Shown here: one piece after another, positions 41,315-54,797 of the stretch
Numbering within the stretch: the stretch's first letter is position 1
How the letters are laid out: each line of letters opens with the position of its first letter
Assembly: GCA_046155535.1 (NCBI GenBank)
Contig: JBJXFN010000008.1
Span: 7,321-71,320, forward strand
Length of the DNA: 64,000 bases
Reading direction: 5' to 3'
Source: Burkholderiales bacterium
GTDB taxonomy: Bacteria > Pseudomonadota > Gammaproteobacteria > Burkholderiales > JACQAP01
Notes under the pieces: generated by a model
What the model was told of the DNA's origin: nothing
What the model saw: only the letters and a program-made list of their open reading frames with translations
Databases searched by the model: none
Translations under genes and position numbers: made by a program

Positions 41315-41462
41315 CTCCTCAGAAGTCGATAAATTCCGGAAGACTTTCCACTCGCAGACGCAAACGGGATTCGCGGCAGGATCATGCTTCTTGTCCGCCA
41401 TGGTGCAGCCCTCCCGGCGAAGGTATCATCGGAATAACAAAACCTCGCGTGGCCCGATTCTC

Positions 41463-42254
41463 ATGTCAGTGCAAATCAAATCCAGAGAAGACATAGAAAA
41501 AATGCGCCTGGCCGGCCGGCTGGCCGCCGCGGTGCTGGATTTCATTGCGCCCCATGTGAAACCGAACATTACGACCGGCGAATTGGACACCCTGTGTCAC
41601 GACTACATGGTGAACGTCCAGAAGTCGGTGCCGGCACCGCTGAACTACGCACCGCCCGGTTATCAACCCTTCCCGAAATCCATCTGCACGTCGGTCAACC
41701 ACGTGGTCTGCCACGGCATTCCGGGCACCAAGAGACTGAAATCCGGCGATGTGGTCAACATCGATGTCACGGTCATCAAGGACGGCTTTCACGGCGATAC
41801 GAGTCGCATGTTCTATGTCGGCGAGCCGTCGATCCAGGCGCGGCGGCTGACAGAAGTGACCCTCGAATGCATGTGGCGGGGCATCCGGTCGATCAGACCC
41901 GGCGCGTTCCTGGGCGACATCGGCCATGCCATCCAGACCCATGCGGAACATTCTGGCTATTCCGTGGTGCGCGAATTCTGCGGTCATGGGATCGGCAGAA
42001 ACTTCCATGAAGAACCGCAAGTGCTTCACTACGGTCGCTCCGGCACCGGCATCCAGTTGCGGTCCGGCATGACGTTTACGGTGGAACCGATGATCAATGC
42101 CGGCGGCCCCAGCATCCGGCAACTGGGCGACGGCTGGACGGTCGTGACCAAGGATCATTCCCTGTCTGCGCAATGGGAACACACGGTCCTCGTGACCGAG
42201 ACCGGCTTCGAAGTTCTTACGCAATCCGCAGGACAGCTTCCCCTACCCGCCTGA
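41463..42254 (+). CDS. map: Type I methionyl aminopeptidase
   Basis: Has 'IKSREDIEKMRLAGRLAA', 'NHVVCHGIP' and the metal-ligand contexts 'VNIDVT', 'GDTSRM', 'GHGIG', 'FTVEPM' and 'WEHTV'. The start is the ATG at 41463. Confidence 0.95.
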   Translation: MSVQIKSREDIEKMRLAGRLAAAVLDFIAPHVKPNITTGELDTLCHDYMVNVQKSVPAPLNYAPPGYQPFPKSICTSVNHVVCHGIPGTKRLKSGDVVNIDVTVIKDGFHGDTSRMFYVGEPSIQARRLTEVTLECMWRGIRSIRPGAFLGDIGHAIQTHAEHSGYSVVREFCGHGIGRNFHEEPQVLHYGRSGTGIQLRSGMTFTVEPMINAGGPSIRQLGDGWTVVTKDHSLSAQWEHTVLVTETGFEVLTQSAGQLPLPA

Positions 42255-42269
42255 ACCGCAAATCCCGCC

Positions 42270-44843
42270 ATGGCCGCCGAGTTAAACCAGGCAGCGCAAT
42301 TGTCCGACTGGCGCAACGCCCTGGTTCAGGGAAAGCAGGCTCTGCGAGCCGCTTTCCAGGCAAAACCGGACGCGCGTCGGACGCTGCAAAAACAATGCGC
42401 CCTAGTGGACGAAGTGTTGAAGGAAGTCTGGCGTCATTCCGGCATTTCCAATGAATTGGCCCTGGTAGCCGTAGGCGGCTTCGGGCGCGGATTGCTCTAT
42501 CCGTATTCCGACGTGGACGTCATGATCCTGCGTCCGGACGCCCCAAAAGAAGATCCTCGCGGCCGCATTGAATTCCTGGTCGGCGCCCTCTGGGACATTG
42601 GCATTGAACTGGGCCACAGCGTGCGCAGTCTTGAAGAGTGCCTGGAAGAAACCCGCCGCGACGTCACCATTCAGACTACCTTGCTGGAATCCCGATGGAT
42701 TGCCGGAAGCCGAAAACTCTACAGCCGTCTCGTCAGTACCATGGCATCGACCATGAACGTGGCGCGATTCGCCGAGGCCAAGGTGCTCGAACAACAGCAA
42801 CGTCATGCACGTTTCCATGATACTGCGCTGAACCTCGAACCCAATCTGAAGGAAAGTCCCGGCGGCCTGCGTGACTTGCAAACCATCGTCTGGATCAGCC
42901 GCGCGGCCGGCCTCGGCCGCAATTGGATGGATCTGACCCGTGAAAAGATCCTCACTGGCGAAGAGGCGCGCCAACTCAAACGGCACGAATCCCGGCTCGC
43001 GGACCTGCGCATCCGTCTGCACTACCTGGCAGCAAGGCGGGAGGACCGCCTGTTGTTTGATTTTCAGTCAGCATTGGCGAAGGACCTCGGTTTCATCGAA
43101 ACCAGGGCGCGACGCGCCAGCGAACAACTGATGCAGGAATATTACGCAACCGCCAAGTCGGTACAGCTTCTCAACAACATCGTTCTGCAAAACCTGCGTC
43201 GCCACATCTCGCCGGTGGCGGACGCCGAGCCTACGGTTCTGAATGAACGCTTCCGAATCAACGCCGAATACCTGGATGCCAATTACGGGATTTTTCGCCG
43301 CCAACCGGCCGCGATTCTCGAAGCTTTTCTTCTGCTCCAGGAGCATCCGGAACTCAAGGGCTTTTCGGTTGCCACCATGCGGGCGTTGTGGCATTCCAGG
43401 AGCCTGATCGATGCGAACTTCCGGCGCCAGGCGGGCAATCGTTCGACATTCATGGAAATGTTCCGTCGTCCCTCAGGCCTGACCCATACGTTGCGCCGCA
43501 TGAACCAGCTAGGCGTACTAGGTCGTTACCTGCCGGTGTTCGGACGCATCGTGGGTCGCATGCAACATGACCTGTTTCACGTGTACACGGTGGATGAACA
43601 CATCCTCATGGTGGTGCGCAATCTGCGCCGCTTCGCGGTGCCGGAGATGGCGCATGAATATCCGCTTTGCAGCCTGCTCATTTCGGAATTCGAACGACCG
43701 GAGGTCCTTTACCTGGCCGGGCTGTTTCACGATATCGCCAAAGGCCGCGGGGGTGACCACTCCAATCTCGGGATGGCGGATGCGCGCAAATTCTGCCGCG
43801 ATCATGGCCTGCCCGCCGCGGACGCGGAGTTGATCACCTGGCTGGTCCAGAACCATTTATACATGTCCGCCATCGCGCAGAAACAGGACTTGTCGGACCC
43901 GCAAATCATTCGCGCCTTTGTAGACCGGGTTGGCGACGAACGCCGCCTGATCGCGTTGTATCTGCTCACCGTGGCAGACATCCGCGGCACCAGTCCGAAA
44001 GTCTGGAACGCCTGGAAGGCCAAACTCCTGGAGGACCTGTTTCGCGCTGCGCGCCGGCTGCTCAACCCCTCTTCCACCCCGGGAGAGCACACCTTGCAGG
44101 CGCGGCAGGAACGTGCCCTCGCGAAACTCCAGGCCTATGCCATCCCCGCAGGTGCACATGTGAAGTTCTGGGAAAACCTCGACGACAGCTATTTCTTGCG
44201 CCACGACGAGCAGGACATCGCCTGGCACACCCGACTGCTCAATTATCGGGTGAATTCCCCCACTCCCGTGGTCAAGGCCCGCCTGTCACAAGTGGGCGAA
44301 GGTTTGCAGGTGATGATCTACACACGTGATGAAAAATCCCTGTTCGCGCGGCTCTGCGGTTTTTTCCAGAGCATCAATTTCAGTATTTTCGAGGCCAGGA
44401 TCTACACCACCCGCCACGGTTATGCGCTAGACAGTTTTCAGGTCATGGACCCTGCGCACACCACCGCGCATTACCGCGACTTGATCAGTTACGTCGAACA
44501 CGAATTGACACAACAACTGATCTCCCATGGACCGCTTCCCGAACCACTCAAGGGCCGGATGTCGCGCCAGGTGAAATACATTTCGATGACGCCCGAAGTG
44601 CATGTGCGTCCGGACGAGAAAGGCGCCTTCTATTATTTGAATGTGGTGGCCGGCGATCGTCCCGGATTGCTCTATCGGGTGGCGAGGATTCTCGACAAGT
44701 ACGGCATTGATCTTTATACCGCCAAGATCAATACCCTCGGCGAACGCGCCGAGGACACGTTTCTGGTTGCCGGCGAGGTACTGGGCAACACCAGGACGGT
44801 GGTCAGTCTGGAAACCGAACTGGTCGCAGAATTACAGCCCTGA
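42270..44843 (+). CDS. glnD: [Protein-PII] uridylyltransferase/uridylyl-removing enzyme
   Basis: Has the nucleotidyltransferase motif 'GGFGRGLLYPYSDVDV', the HD domain 'GLFHDIAKG' and two C-terminal ACT domains. Synteny with map-glnD is as in E. coli. Confidence 0.95.
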   Translation: MAAELNQAAQLSDWRNALVQGKQALRAAFQAKPDARRTLQKQCALVDEVLKEVWRHSGISNELALVAVGGFGRGLLYPYSDVDVMILRPDAPKEDPRGRIEFLVGALWDIGIELGHSVRSLEECLEETRRDVTIQTTLLESRWIAGSRKLYSRLVSTMASTMNVARFAEAKVLEQQQRHARFHDTALNLEPNLKESPGGLRDLQTIVWISRAAGLGRNWMDLTREKILTGEEARQLKRHESRLADLRIRLHYLAARREDRLLFDFQSALAKDLGFIETRARRASEQLMQEYYATAKSVQLLNNIVLQNLRRHISPVADAEPTVLNERFRINAEYLDANYGIFRRQPAAILEAFLLLQEHPELKGFSVATMRALWHSRSLIDANFRRQAGNRSTFMEMFRRPSGLTHTLRRMNQLGVLGRYLPVFGRIVGRMQHDLFHVYTVDEHILMVVRNLRRFAVPEMAHEYPLCSLLISEFERPEVLYLAGLFHDIAKGRGGDHSNLGMADARKFCRDHGLPAADAELITWLVQNHLYMSAIAQKQDLSDPQIIRAFVDRVGDERRLIALYLLTVADIRGTSPKVWNAWKAKLLEDLFRAARRLLNPSSTPGEHTLQARQERALAKLQAYAIPAGAHVKFWENLDDSYFLRHDEQDIAWHTRLLNYRVNSPTPVVKARLSQVGEGLQVMIYTRDEKSLFARLCGFFQSINFSIFEARIYTTRHGYALDSFQVMDPAHTTAHYRDLISYVEHELTQQLISHGPLPEPLKGRMSRQVKYISMTPEVHVRPDEKGAFYYLNVVAGDRPGLLYRVARILDKYGIDLYTAKINTLGERAEDTFLVAGEVLGNTRTVVSLETELVAELQP

Positions 44844-44871
44844 AGCGTCCTGCGGACACTTCAGCGTCAAC

Positions 44872-45402
44872 TCAGTCGTCGATGATCTGCTGGTCCGGAA
44901 ACAATTCTTCGTTGAAACCGAATTGGCGCATGTCCCGAATCCGCATGGGATACAAAATGCCCAGCAGATGGTCGGTTTCGTGCTGCACCACCCGCGCGTG
45001 GAATCCGGACACGGTCCGGTCGATCGGCGCCCCAAACGGGTCCATCCCCTGATAGCGTAAGGCGCGAAAACGCGAGACCACGCCACGCATCCCGGGCACC
45101 GACAAACAGCCTTCCCAGCCGTCTTCCGTTTCGTCGCCGATGGGCGTCAGCACCGGATTGATCAACACGGTATGCGCAACCAACTCGACATCGGGATAAC
45201 GGGGATTGGGTCCGGCGCCGAAAATCACCACTTGAAGATTGACCCCGATCTGCGGCGCCGCGATCCCCGCGCCGTTCTTGGCTTGCATGGTGTCTTCAAG
45301 ATCCGCAATCAAGGCGTGCAACTCGGGCGTGTCGAACTGGGCGACTGGCTCGGCAACGCGGAGCAGACGCACGTCCCCCATTTTCAACACCGGCCTAATC
45401 AT
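44872..45402 (-). CDS. def: Peptide deformylase
   Basis: Has the three PDF motifs 'GIAAPQIG', 'EGCLSVPG' and 'QHETDHL'. The start is the ATG at 45402; ORF-track 45516 is an extension. Confidence 0.93.
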   Translation of the reverse strand: MIRPVLKMGDVRLLRVAEPVAQFDTPELHALIADLEDTMQAKNGAGIAAPQIGVNLQVVIFGAGPNPRYPDVELVAHTVLINPVLTPIGDETEDGWEGCLSVPGMRGVVSRFRALRYQGMDPFGAPIDRTVSGFHARVVQHETDHLLGILYPMRIRDMRQFGFNEELFPDQQIIDD

Positions 45403-46138
45403 CCTGCTCCACCATTTTTTCCAGCACCACGCGCACGCGGGCCATGGCCTCCTTGAGCACGACGTTGATCCTGTCCATGTGAATGGCGCTACTGCTGTCA
45501 CCGCGTCCGGCGGCAAAGTTCACGACCACTGCCAATGCCGCGTAAGAAAGCCCGATTTCCCGCGCCAGACCGGCCTCCGGCATGCCGGTCATGCCGACCA
45601 TGGAGGCGCCGTCTCGTTCCAGTCGATCGATTTCCGCGGCCGATTCCAGGCGTGGGCCCTGGGTTGCGGCATAGGTGCCGCCATCGATGATCGGTTGCGA
45701 GGCCGCCCTGGCCGCCGCCAGCACGCGCGCGCGCAGGGCATCGTCATAGGGACGCGTGAAATCGACATGGGTGACCGGCTGGTCCGGCCCGTCGAAAAAC
45801 GTGTGCTTGCGCCCGTAGGTGTAGTCGAGAATTTGCATGGGGACAGCGAGGGACCCGGGTTTGAAATTGGCGGAAATTCCCCCGACCGACGCCACGGAGA
45901 TCACTCGCGAGACGCCTTCCGAATGCAGGGCCCAGATGTTTGCGCGGTAATTGACCGCGTGTGGCGGGATCGTGTGGCCATATCCGTGCCGGGCAAGAAA
46001 AACCACTTCACGCGTGCCGAATTTTCCAAAGGTTAGCGCGCCGGAAGGCTCGCCATGAGGCGTGCGAATGACCTGCCTGCGCGTGATCTGGAGATTGGCC
46101 AGTTGCGTGAGTCCGGTGCCGCCGATGATTCCCAGCAT
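45395..46138 (-). CDS. mtnP: S-methyl-5'-thioadenosine / 5'-methylthioinosine phosphorylase (PNP family 2)
   Basis: '[10 protein letters not shown]', '[25 protein letters not shown]' and 'MTGMPEA' are typical of MTAP/MTIP. Confidence 0.85.
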   Translation of the reverse strand: MLGIIGGTGLTQLANLQITRRQVIRTPHGEPSGALTFGKFGTREVVFLARHGYGHTIPPHAVNYRANIWALHSEGVSRVISVASVGGISANFKPGSLAVPMQILDYTYGRKHTFFDGPDQPVTHVDFTRPYDDALRARVLAAARAASQPIIDGGTYAATQGPRLESAAEIDRLERDGASMVGMTGMPEAGLAREIGLSYAALAVVVNFAAGRGDSSSAIHMDRINVVLKEAMARVRVVLEKMVEQDD

Positions 46139-46141
46139 GCG

Positions 46142-46687
46142 TCAGTCCTTGTTTGCGTAGATGGCCGGCAGATTGCGCCAGGCTTCGTTGATATCCATGC
46201 CGAATCCGAACAGATAACGGTTGGGCAGCCGCAAGCCGACGAAATCGGCCGCAATGGGTTTTTCCCTGCCCAGATCCTTGTCCACAAACACTGCGGTTTT
46301 CACTACACTCGCGCCGGCCGCCAGAATTCTCTCGCGCACCGCGGCCAGGGTTGTTCCTTCGTCCAGAACGTCGTCCAGGATCAATACCGTTCGGCCCTGC
46401 ACATCCGTGTGCGGTTCCACTTTCCATTGCACTTCACCACCGCGGGTGCCACCGCGATAGCGTGTGACATGCAGATAATCGAACTCCAGCGGGAAATGGA
46501 GCATCGGGAGCAGCTGGCCCGTAAACACGACGGCCCCTCCCATCACCGACAGAATCAGCGGACAGGTGGCGTCTAAAGCGGCGGTAATCTCGCCGGCCAG
46601 GCGTTCCACTGCATGGCGGACTTCCCGTTCCGAGCAGAGCTGTTCCGCATCCTGGAGCAAACGCCAGGCTTGGCGGTTATCCAGCAT
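46142..46687 (-). CDS. hpt: Hypoxanthine-guanine phosphoribosyltransferase-like (type I PRTase)
   Basis: Has the PRPP-binding motif '[14 protein letters not shown]' and is about 181 aa. The start is the ATG at 46687. The ORF-track N-terminal 149 aa are an out-of-frame read-through of galU. Confidence 0.8.
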   Translation of the reverse strand: MLDNRQAWRLLQDAEQLCSEREVRHAVERLAGEITAALDATCPLILSVMGGAVVFTGQLLPMLHFPLEFDYLHVTRYRGGTRGGEVQWKVEPHTDVQGRTVLILDDVLDEGTTLAAVRERILAAGASVVKTAVFVDKDLGREKPIAADFVGLRLPNRYLFGFGMDINEAWRNLPAIYANKD

Positions 46688-47576
46688 TCGGCCGCCGCCC
46701 TGTTTTCCCCGTCTGAAGGCCTTCCAGAAATTTCGCGAACTCGACGCCAATTTCCGGGTGCCGCATGGCGTACAACACGTTCGCCTGCAGATATCCCAGT
46801 TTGGAACCACAGTCATGGCGAACACCCTGGAATTCGTAAGCCAGCGCGCGTTGTTCGCCCAGCAAAGCCGCGATGCCGTCGGTGAGTTGAATTTCCCCGC
46901 CACTACCGGGTTTGACGCGTTGCAAGTGGCCGAAGATCTCCGGCGACAGAATGTAGCGCCCGACCACCGCCAAATTGGAAGGCGCGTCCTGCGGTTTGGG
47001 TTTTTCCACGATCCCGGTGATGCGGTGCATGCCGCGTTCGCCGTGTTCGGTACTGACGATGCCGTAACTCGAGGTTTCTTCCTTGGCGACGACCTGCACG
47101 GCCAGCAGGGAACAACGTTCCCGCGCATAAACATCCACCATCTGTTTCATGACCGGCGGATTCCCGTCAATCAAATCGTCGGCCAGGATGACGGCAAACG
47201 GCTCATTGCCCACCACCGGCTGGGAGCACAGGATCGCGTGGCCCAGGCCCAGGGCTTCTGTCTGCCGCACATAGATGCAACTGACATGTTTGGGAACAAT
47301 GTCCTGCACCTGCTCCAGCATTTTCAACTTGCTGCGCGCCTGGAGTTCTGTTTCCAGTTCGTAGGCCTTATCGAAATGGTCTTCGATCGCGCGTTTGGTG
47401 CGGCCGGTGATAAACACCATCTGAGTGATGCCGGCAGCCACCGCCTCCTCCACCGCATACTGGATCAGTGGCTTGTCCACAACCGGCAACATTTCCTTGG
47501 AACTGGCCTTGGTCGCCGGCAGGAATCGCGTGCCCAGACCGGCCACCGGAAATACCGCTTTGGTGATTCTGTTCAA
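46677..47576 (-). CDS. galU: UTP--glucose-1-phosphate uridylyltransferase
   Basis: '[33 protein letters not shown]' and 'VEKP' are the canonical GalU motifs. Confidence 0.95.
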   Translation of the reverse strand: MNRITKAVFPVAGLGTRFLPATKASSKEMLPVVDKPLIQYAVEEAVAAGITQMVFITGRTKRAIEDHFDKAYELETELQARSKLKMLEQVQDIVPKHVSCIYVRQTEALGLGHAILCSQPVVGNEPFAVILADDLIDGNPPVMKQMVDVYARERCSLLAVQVVAKEETSSYGIVSTEHGERGMHRITGIVEKPKPQDAPSNLAVVGRYILSPEIFGHLQRVKPGSGGEIQLTDGIAALLGEQRALAYEFQGVRHDCGSKLGYLQANVLYAMRHPEIGVEFAKFLEGLQTGKTGRRPNAG

Positions 47577-47590
47577 TTGGCATGCTCCAT

Positions 47591-50709
<3,119 letters not shown>

Positions 50710-50733
50710 CGCTACCTCTTCCCCCGGCCCGGC

Positions 50734-53700
50734 TCAAGCGGCCTCCTCGCGCATGCGCATGGCCTGCTCCACGTCCACGGCCACGACACGCGAAACCCCT
50801 TGTTCCTGCATGGTGACGCCAATCAACTGGTTGGCCATTTCCATGGTGATCTTGTTGTGCGTGATGAACATGAATTGGGTTTGATCAGCCATTCTGCGAA
50901 CCAGCGCGCAGAAGCGCTCGGTGTTGCTATCGTCAAGCGGCGCGTCGACCTCGTCCAGCAGGCAAAATGGCGCCGGATTCAACTGAAACATGGAAAAAAC
51001 CAGCGACAGCGCCGTCAGGGCTTTTTCCCCGCCGGAGAGCAGGTGGATCGACGCATTGCGCTTTCCCGGCGGACGGGCAATCACCTGCACGCCGGCGTCC
51101 AGGATTTCCTCTCCGGTCATCAGCAATTTTGCCTCACCCCCGCCAAACAGCGCCGGGAACATTTCACCGAAGTGCCGGTTGACCGCATCGAATGTCGTCT
51201 GCAGGCGCTCTCGCGTTTCGCGATCGATTTTGCGGATCGCGTTCTCCAGGGTTTCCACCGCCTGGGTCAGATCCTCCGACTGCGCATCCAAATAATTCTT
51301 GCGTTCCCGGGACGATGACAATTCGTCCAGGGAAGCGAGGTTTACGGCGCCCAGCGCGGCAATGTCTTCGTTGAGGCGATTGATTTCGGCCTGCAGCTTT
51401 CCGGGTCGCAGTCCTTCCGTCATCAGCGGCGCCAATTCTTCTTCCACCGCATGAGATTCGGCAAGCTGAGCTGCGAAATTTTCTTCCGCCAAACGGGCTT
51501 CCTGTTCCTTCAGCCGCAGTTCACCGATCTGATTGCGCAGAGGATCAAGTTTTTGTTCCGCGGCCTGCCGTTCCTGTTCCGTCGCCCGCAGGACTTGCTC
51601 CGCCTCTTCCAGCGCCATCCGCGCCTGTTTGAGCGTCGATTCGCGTTCCACCCTTTCCGTCAATCGTAGACTCAATTGCTCCTGGTGCGGACGCTCATCG
51701 CCTCGCGCAATTTCCGTTTCGACGTTTTTGCGATCGTTTGAGAGACGAACAATGTTTTCATTAATTACTTTCAATCCATCACTTAATTCATTTATTTTTA
51801 AACGTATTGTTCTCTCATTAAATCGCGCTTCGTGAATTTCCTGATCACTTCGCTGGAGCTTGTCCCGTGACGACTGCAGGGCCAGATCGGCAGCCACGCG
51901 GGCTTGTGAGGCCGCCTCGAGACCCTTCTGCAAATCAGGCGTGCCAGCCGCCAGGGCCTCCATCTTCAGACTTGCTTCCTGCAGCTGGGTGTCCTCCCGC
52001 TCGACTTCGGCACGAATTTCCAGCAACTCGGCCACGATTTGCTCGCCACGCGACTTGAGCCGATCGGCCAGTTGGGCAAGTCGCACATGGTCGAGTTTTC
52101 TCTGATGGTGAAGGTCTTGGGTTTCAGCCAGTTTCCTGCGCAACCGGTCGGCTTCTGCCCTGCCTTCGTCAAAGCGGATGCGCGCTTCCCCCGCTGCAGC
52201 GCGCCTTTGCGCTAATTCATGATCAGCGTCGTTGCGCTCGGCGAACAAAGTCTCGATTTCCTTTTGGCGGGACAAGATGCCATGCACCTCGGAATCCGCG
52301 CCGTAAAAGTTCACGCTGGTCGACGTAAAGACATGCCCATGGGAGGTGACCAGGATCGCGCCGGGTGACAGCAGCTTTGCCTGCTCGAATCCCTGCTCCG
52401 GCGTCATGACTACATACACGCGAGCCAGCCAATCCGACAACACAGACTGCAATCCGGGGTCGGTGCAGGTCACATAATCCATCAACGCCACCAGTTCCGG
52501 CGGCACTGGCTCCGCCGTGCGGCCCTCCGTCGAGATCAGATGGAACGATACTTTGCCCGGCGGAGGATCGCGAAACCAGCTCAGCGACTGGGAGAGTTCG
52601 TCCAGCGCAATACTGTTCAGCCGTTCCCGCAGCACCGCCTCCAACGCATCTTCCCAGCCATCGCGAATCCGGATGCCCTGCCACAAGTGGGCATTGCGAC
52701 GCAGCTCCCGCGATTCCAGCCAGGGTTCCACGGCGCCCGCACGACCCACCTGCTCCTGCAGAGACTGCAGGGCCGTCAGGCGCGCGTCGAGCTGGTTCAG
52801 GCGTTGTTGCGCAATTTCCGCGGCGGCCTCCCCATTTTCCAGATCGCGCCCCAATTCGGGCTCGGACGCTTCGATGGCATCCAGGGCCTGACGCAGCAAC
52901 GCCAAATCCCGCTCGGCTTCGCCCACCTCGTTTTCCAAACGCACCAGTTCGCTCAGATTGGGTACTTCCAGGGTGTCGCGCTCTTCTTCCAGGCGGGTGC
53001 TTCGCAACCCGAGTTGCAGCAGCAGTTTCTCGGCGTGACCTTTGCGTGTTTCTTCCAGTCGAATCTGTTGATCGGCCTGATCGAGTCCGCGCTGGGCTTC
53101 CGAGAAGCGCGCCTGGGCCAGCTTGTCGGCCATTTCGGCTGCGGGCAGCTCTTCCCCTGCCACGCGCCGCGCGTTCTCGATATTCAGCAAACCCTCCATG
53201 ACCACCGCCAACTTCTGTTCGCTTTCCCTGCGCAGGGCCTCTGTCGCCTCCACCCGGGAAGCCTGGTCCGCCAGCTGCCCCTGGAGCGATGCCAGCTGTT
53301 GTTCGGCGCGCTGCCGACTTTCCCGCAAATGCTGAATCTGCTGCTCCAGCCGCGAGACTTCGGCATTGACCTCGTACAACGCGCCTTGCGCCGCATGCAA
53401 TCCGTCAGAGGCACCAAAATGGCCGGCGCGAAGTTCTTCGAGCCGCCGCTGGGCGTCACTCAGTCGCGCCGACTCGGCTTCCAATTCGACCGAAACACTT
53501 TCCACTTCCCGCGCGAGACGCGCCCGCTGCACAGCAGCGTCGCGCTTGCGCAGCATCCATAACAATTGCTGACTTGTCTTGCGGGCGGCCTCGAATTCTC
53601 GAAACCTGCCGGCTTTTTCGGCCTGGGACTCCAGATGCTCCAGTTGCCGGGAGAGTTCCCGGCGGACATCTTCCACCCGCAAAAGGTTCTCGCGCGTGTC

Positions 53701-54255
53701 TTCCAGTCTGAGTTCGGTTTCCCGGCGCCGCTCGCGGTATTTGGACACCCCGGCCGCTTCCTCCAGGAAACTGCGTAAATCCTCGGGCTTGGCCTCGATG
53801 ATGCGCGAAATCATTCCCTGTTCGATGATTGCGTAGCCACGCCCGCCCAGGCCGGTGCCGAGAAAGAGGTCGGAGACATCGCGCCGTCGAACGTGCAGGT
53901 TATTGAGGAAATAGCTGGAATCACCGCTGCGTTCGAGCACCCGCTTGACGGAAATTTCGGCGTACTGGGACCATGGCCCGGTTGCTTTGCCGAGGCTGTT
54001 GTCGAAAATCAGCTCCACGCTTGCCCGCCCGACCGGTTTGCGCTCTCCCGACCCGTTGAATATGACGTCCTGCATGTTCTCGCCGCGCAACTGCCGGGCG
54101 GACGATTCGCCCAGCACCCAGCGCACGGCATCGATCACATTGGATTTTCCGCAGCCATTCGGCCCGACCACTCCGACAAGTTGCCCAGGCACCGCGATAT
54201 GTGTCGGATCGACGAAGGACTTGAACCCGGATAATTTTATGTGTGTGAGGCGCAC
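50734..54255 (-). CDS. smc: Chromosome segregation protein SMC
   Basis: 1173 aa. Has Walker A 'GPNGCGKSN', long coiled coils with a hinge, the signature motif 'LSGGEKALTAL' and Walker B 'FCLLDEVDAPLD'. The start codon is GTG. Confidence 0.95.
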   Translation of the reverse strand: MRLTHIKLSGFKSFVDPTHIAVPGQLVGVVGPNGCGKSNVIDAVRWVLGESSARQLRGENMQDVIFNGSGERKPVGRASVELIFDNSLGKATGPWSQYAEISVKRVLERSGDSSYFLNNLHVRRRDVSDLFLGTGLGGRGYAIIEQGMISRIIEAKPEDLRSFLEEAAGVSKYRERRRETELRLEDTRENLLRVEDVRRELSRQLEHLESQAEKAGRFREFEAARKTSQQLLWMLRKRDAAVQRARLAREVESVSVELEAESARLSDAQRRLEELRAGHFGASDGLHAAQGALYEVNAEVSRLEQQIQHLRESRQRAEQQLASLQGQLADQASRVEATEALRRESEQKLAVVMEGLLNIENARRVAGEELPAAEMADKLAQARFSEAQRGLDQADQQIRLEETRKGHAEKLLLQLGLRSTRLEEERDTLEVPNLSELVRLENEVGEAERDLALLRQALDAIEASEPELGRDLENGEAAAEIAQQRLNQLDARLTALQSLQEQVGRAGAVEPWLESRELRRNAHLWQGIRIRDGWEDALEAVLRERLNSIALDELSQSLSWFRDPPPGKVSFHLISTEGRTAEPVPPELVALMDYVTCTDPGLQSVLSDWLARVYVVMTPEQGFEQAKLLSPGAILVTSHGHVFTSTSVNFYGADSEVHGILSRQKEIETLFAERNDADHELAQRRAAAGEARIRFDEGRAEADRLRRKLAETQDLHHQRKLDHVRLAQLADRLKSRGEQIVAELLEIRAEVEREDTQLQEASLKMEALAAGTPDLQKGLEAASQARVAADLALQSSRDKLQRSDQEIHEARFNERTIRLKINELSDGLKVINENIVRLSNDRKNVETEIARGDERPHQEQLSLRLTERVERESTLKQARMALEEAEQVLRATEQERQAAEQKLDPLRNQIGELRLKEQEARLAEENFAAQLAESHAVEEELAPLMTEGLRPGKLQAEINRLNEDIAALGAVNLASLDELSSSRERKNYLDAQSEDLTQAVETLENAIRKIDRETRERLQTTFDAVNRHFGEMFPALFGGGEAKLLMTGEEILDAGVQVIARPPGKRNASIHLLSGGEKALTALSLVFSMFQLNPAPFCLLDEVDAPLDDSNTERFCALVRRMADQTQFMFITHNKITMEMANQLIGVTMQEQGVSRVVAVDVEQAMRMREEAA

Positions 54256-54380
54256 GTGGAGACGTCTTCAAGGCTAGAATTCTGGCAGTTGCCCAATAAA
54301 ACAAGCGCCTGGGGACCTTGATCGGGACCAGGCGCAGGTTTTTCCTGCCGGCATTTTAACAACGGAATCGATGCGCGAGA

Positions 54381-54797
54381 ATGCCGAACAAGCCCACTAA
54401 ATTTTTAGAGACCTTTCCGAACCCGATAAAGATCCGGGATTACCTGATTCACATGGAAATTCCCGAATTCACGTGCCTTTGCCCCAAAACCGGACAGCCA
54501 GACTTTGCGGTGTTGAGTCTGGATTACGTCCCCGACCGGCACTGCATCGAGTTAAAGAGCCTGAAACGTTACATCTGGTCCTTTCGCAACGAAGGCAGTT
54601 TCCATGAAGCCGTGACCAATCGCATTCTGGACGACCTTGCCGGCGTTTGCGCACCCCGCTACATGCGCCTCACAGCGCGTTTCCATGTGCGCGGCGGCAT
54701 TTTCACGTCGGTGGTCGCGGAACATCGGAAGAAAGGCTGGAAGCCGGCACCGGGGATGGAGCTGCCGCCGGTATATTGTCCACCGAGCGTGCGCTAG
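54381..54797 (+). CDS. queF: NADPH-dependent 7-cyano-7-deazaguanine reductase (type I QueF)
   Basis: Has the catalytic Cys context '[14 protein letters not shown]' and the QueF motif 'IELKSLKRY' (E-x-K-S-x-K). Confidence 0.93.
   Translation: MPNKPTKFLETFPNPIKIRDYLIHMEIPEFTCLCPKTGQPDFAVLSLDYVPDRHCIELKSLKRYIWSFRNEGSFHEAVTNRILDDLAGVCAPRYMRLTARFHVRGGIFTSVVAEHRKKGWKPAPGMELPPVYCPPSVR

Noticed and set aside
54256-54380. preQ1 riboswitch upstream of queF
   Set aside because: There is no P1 hairpin plus A-rich 'AAAAAACUA' tail, nor any other recognisable preQ1-I/II/III feature. Only a generic hairpin is present, and it is reported separately at low interest.
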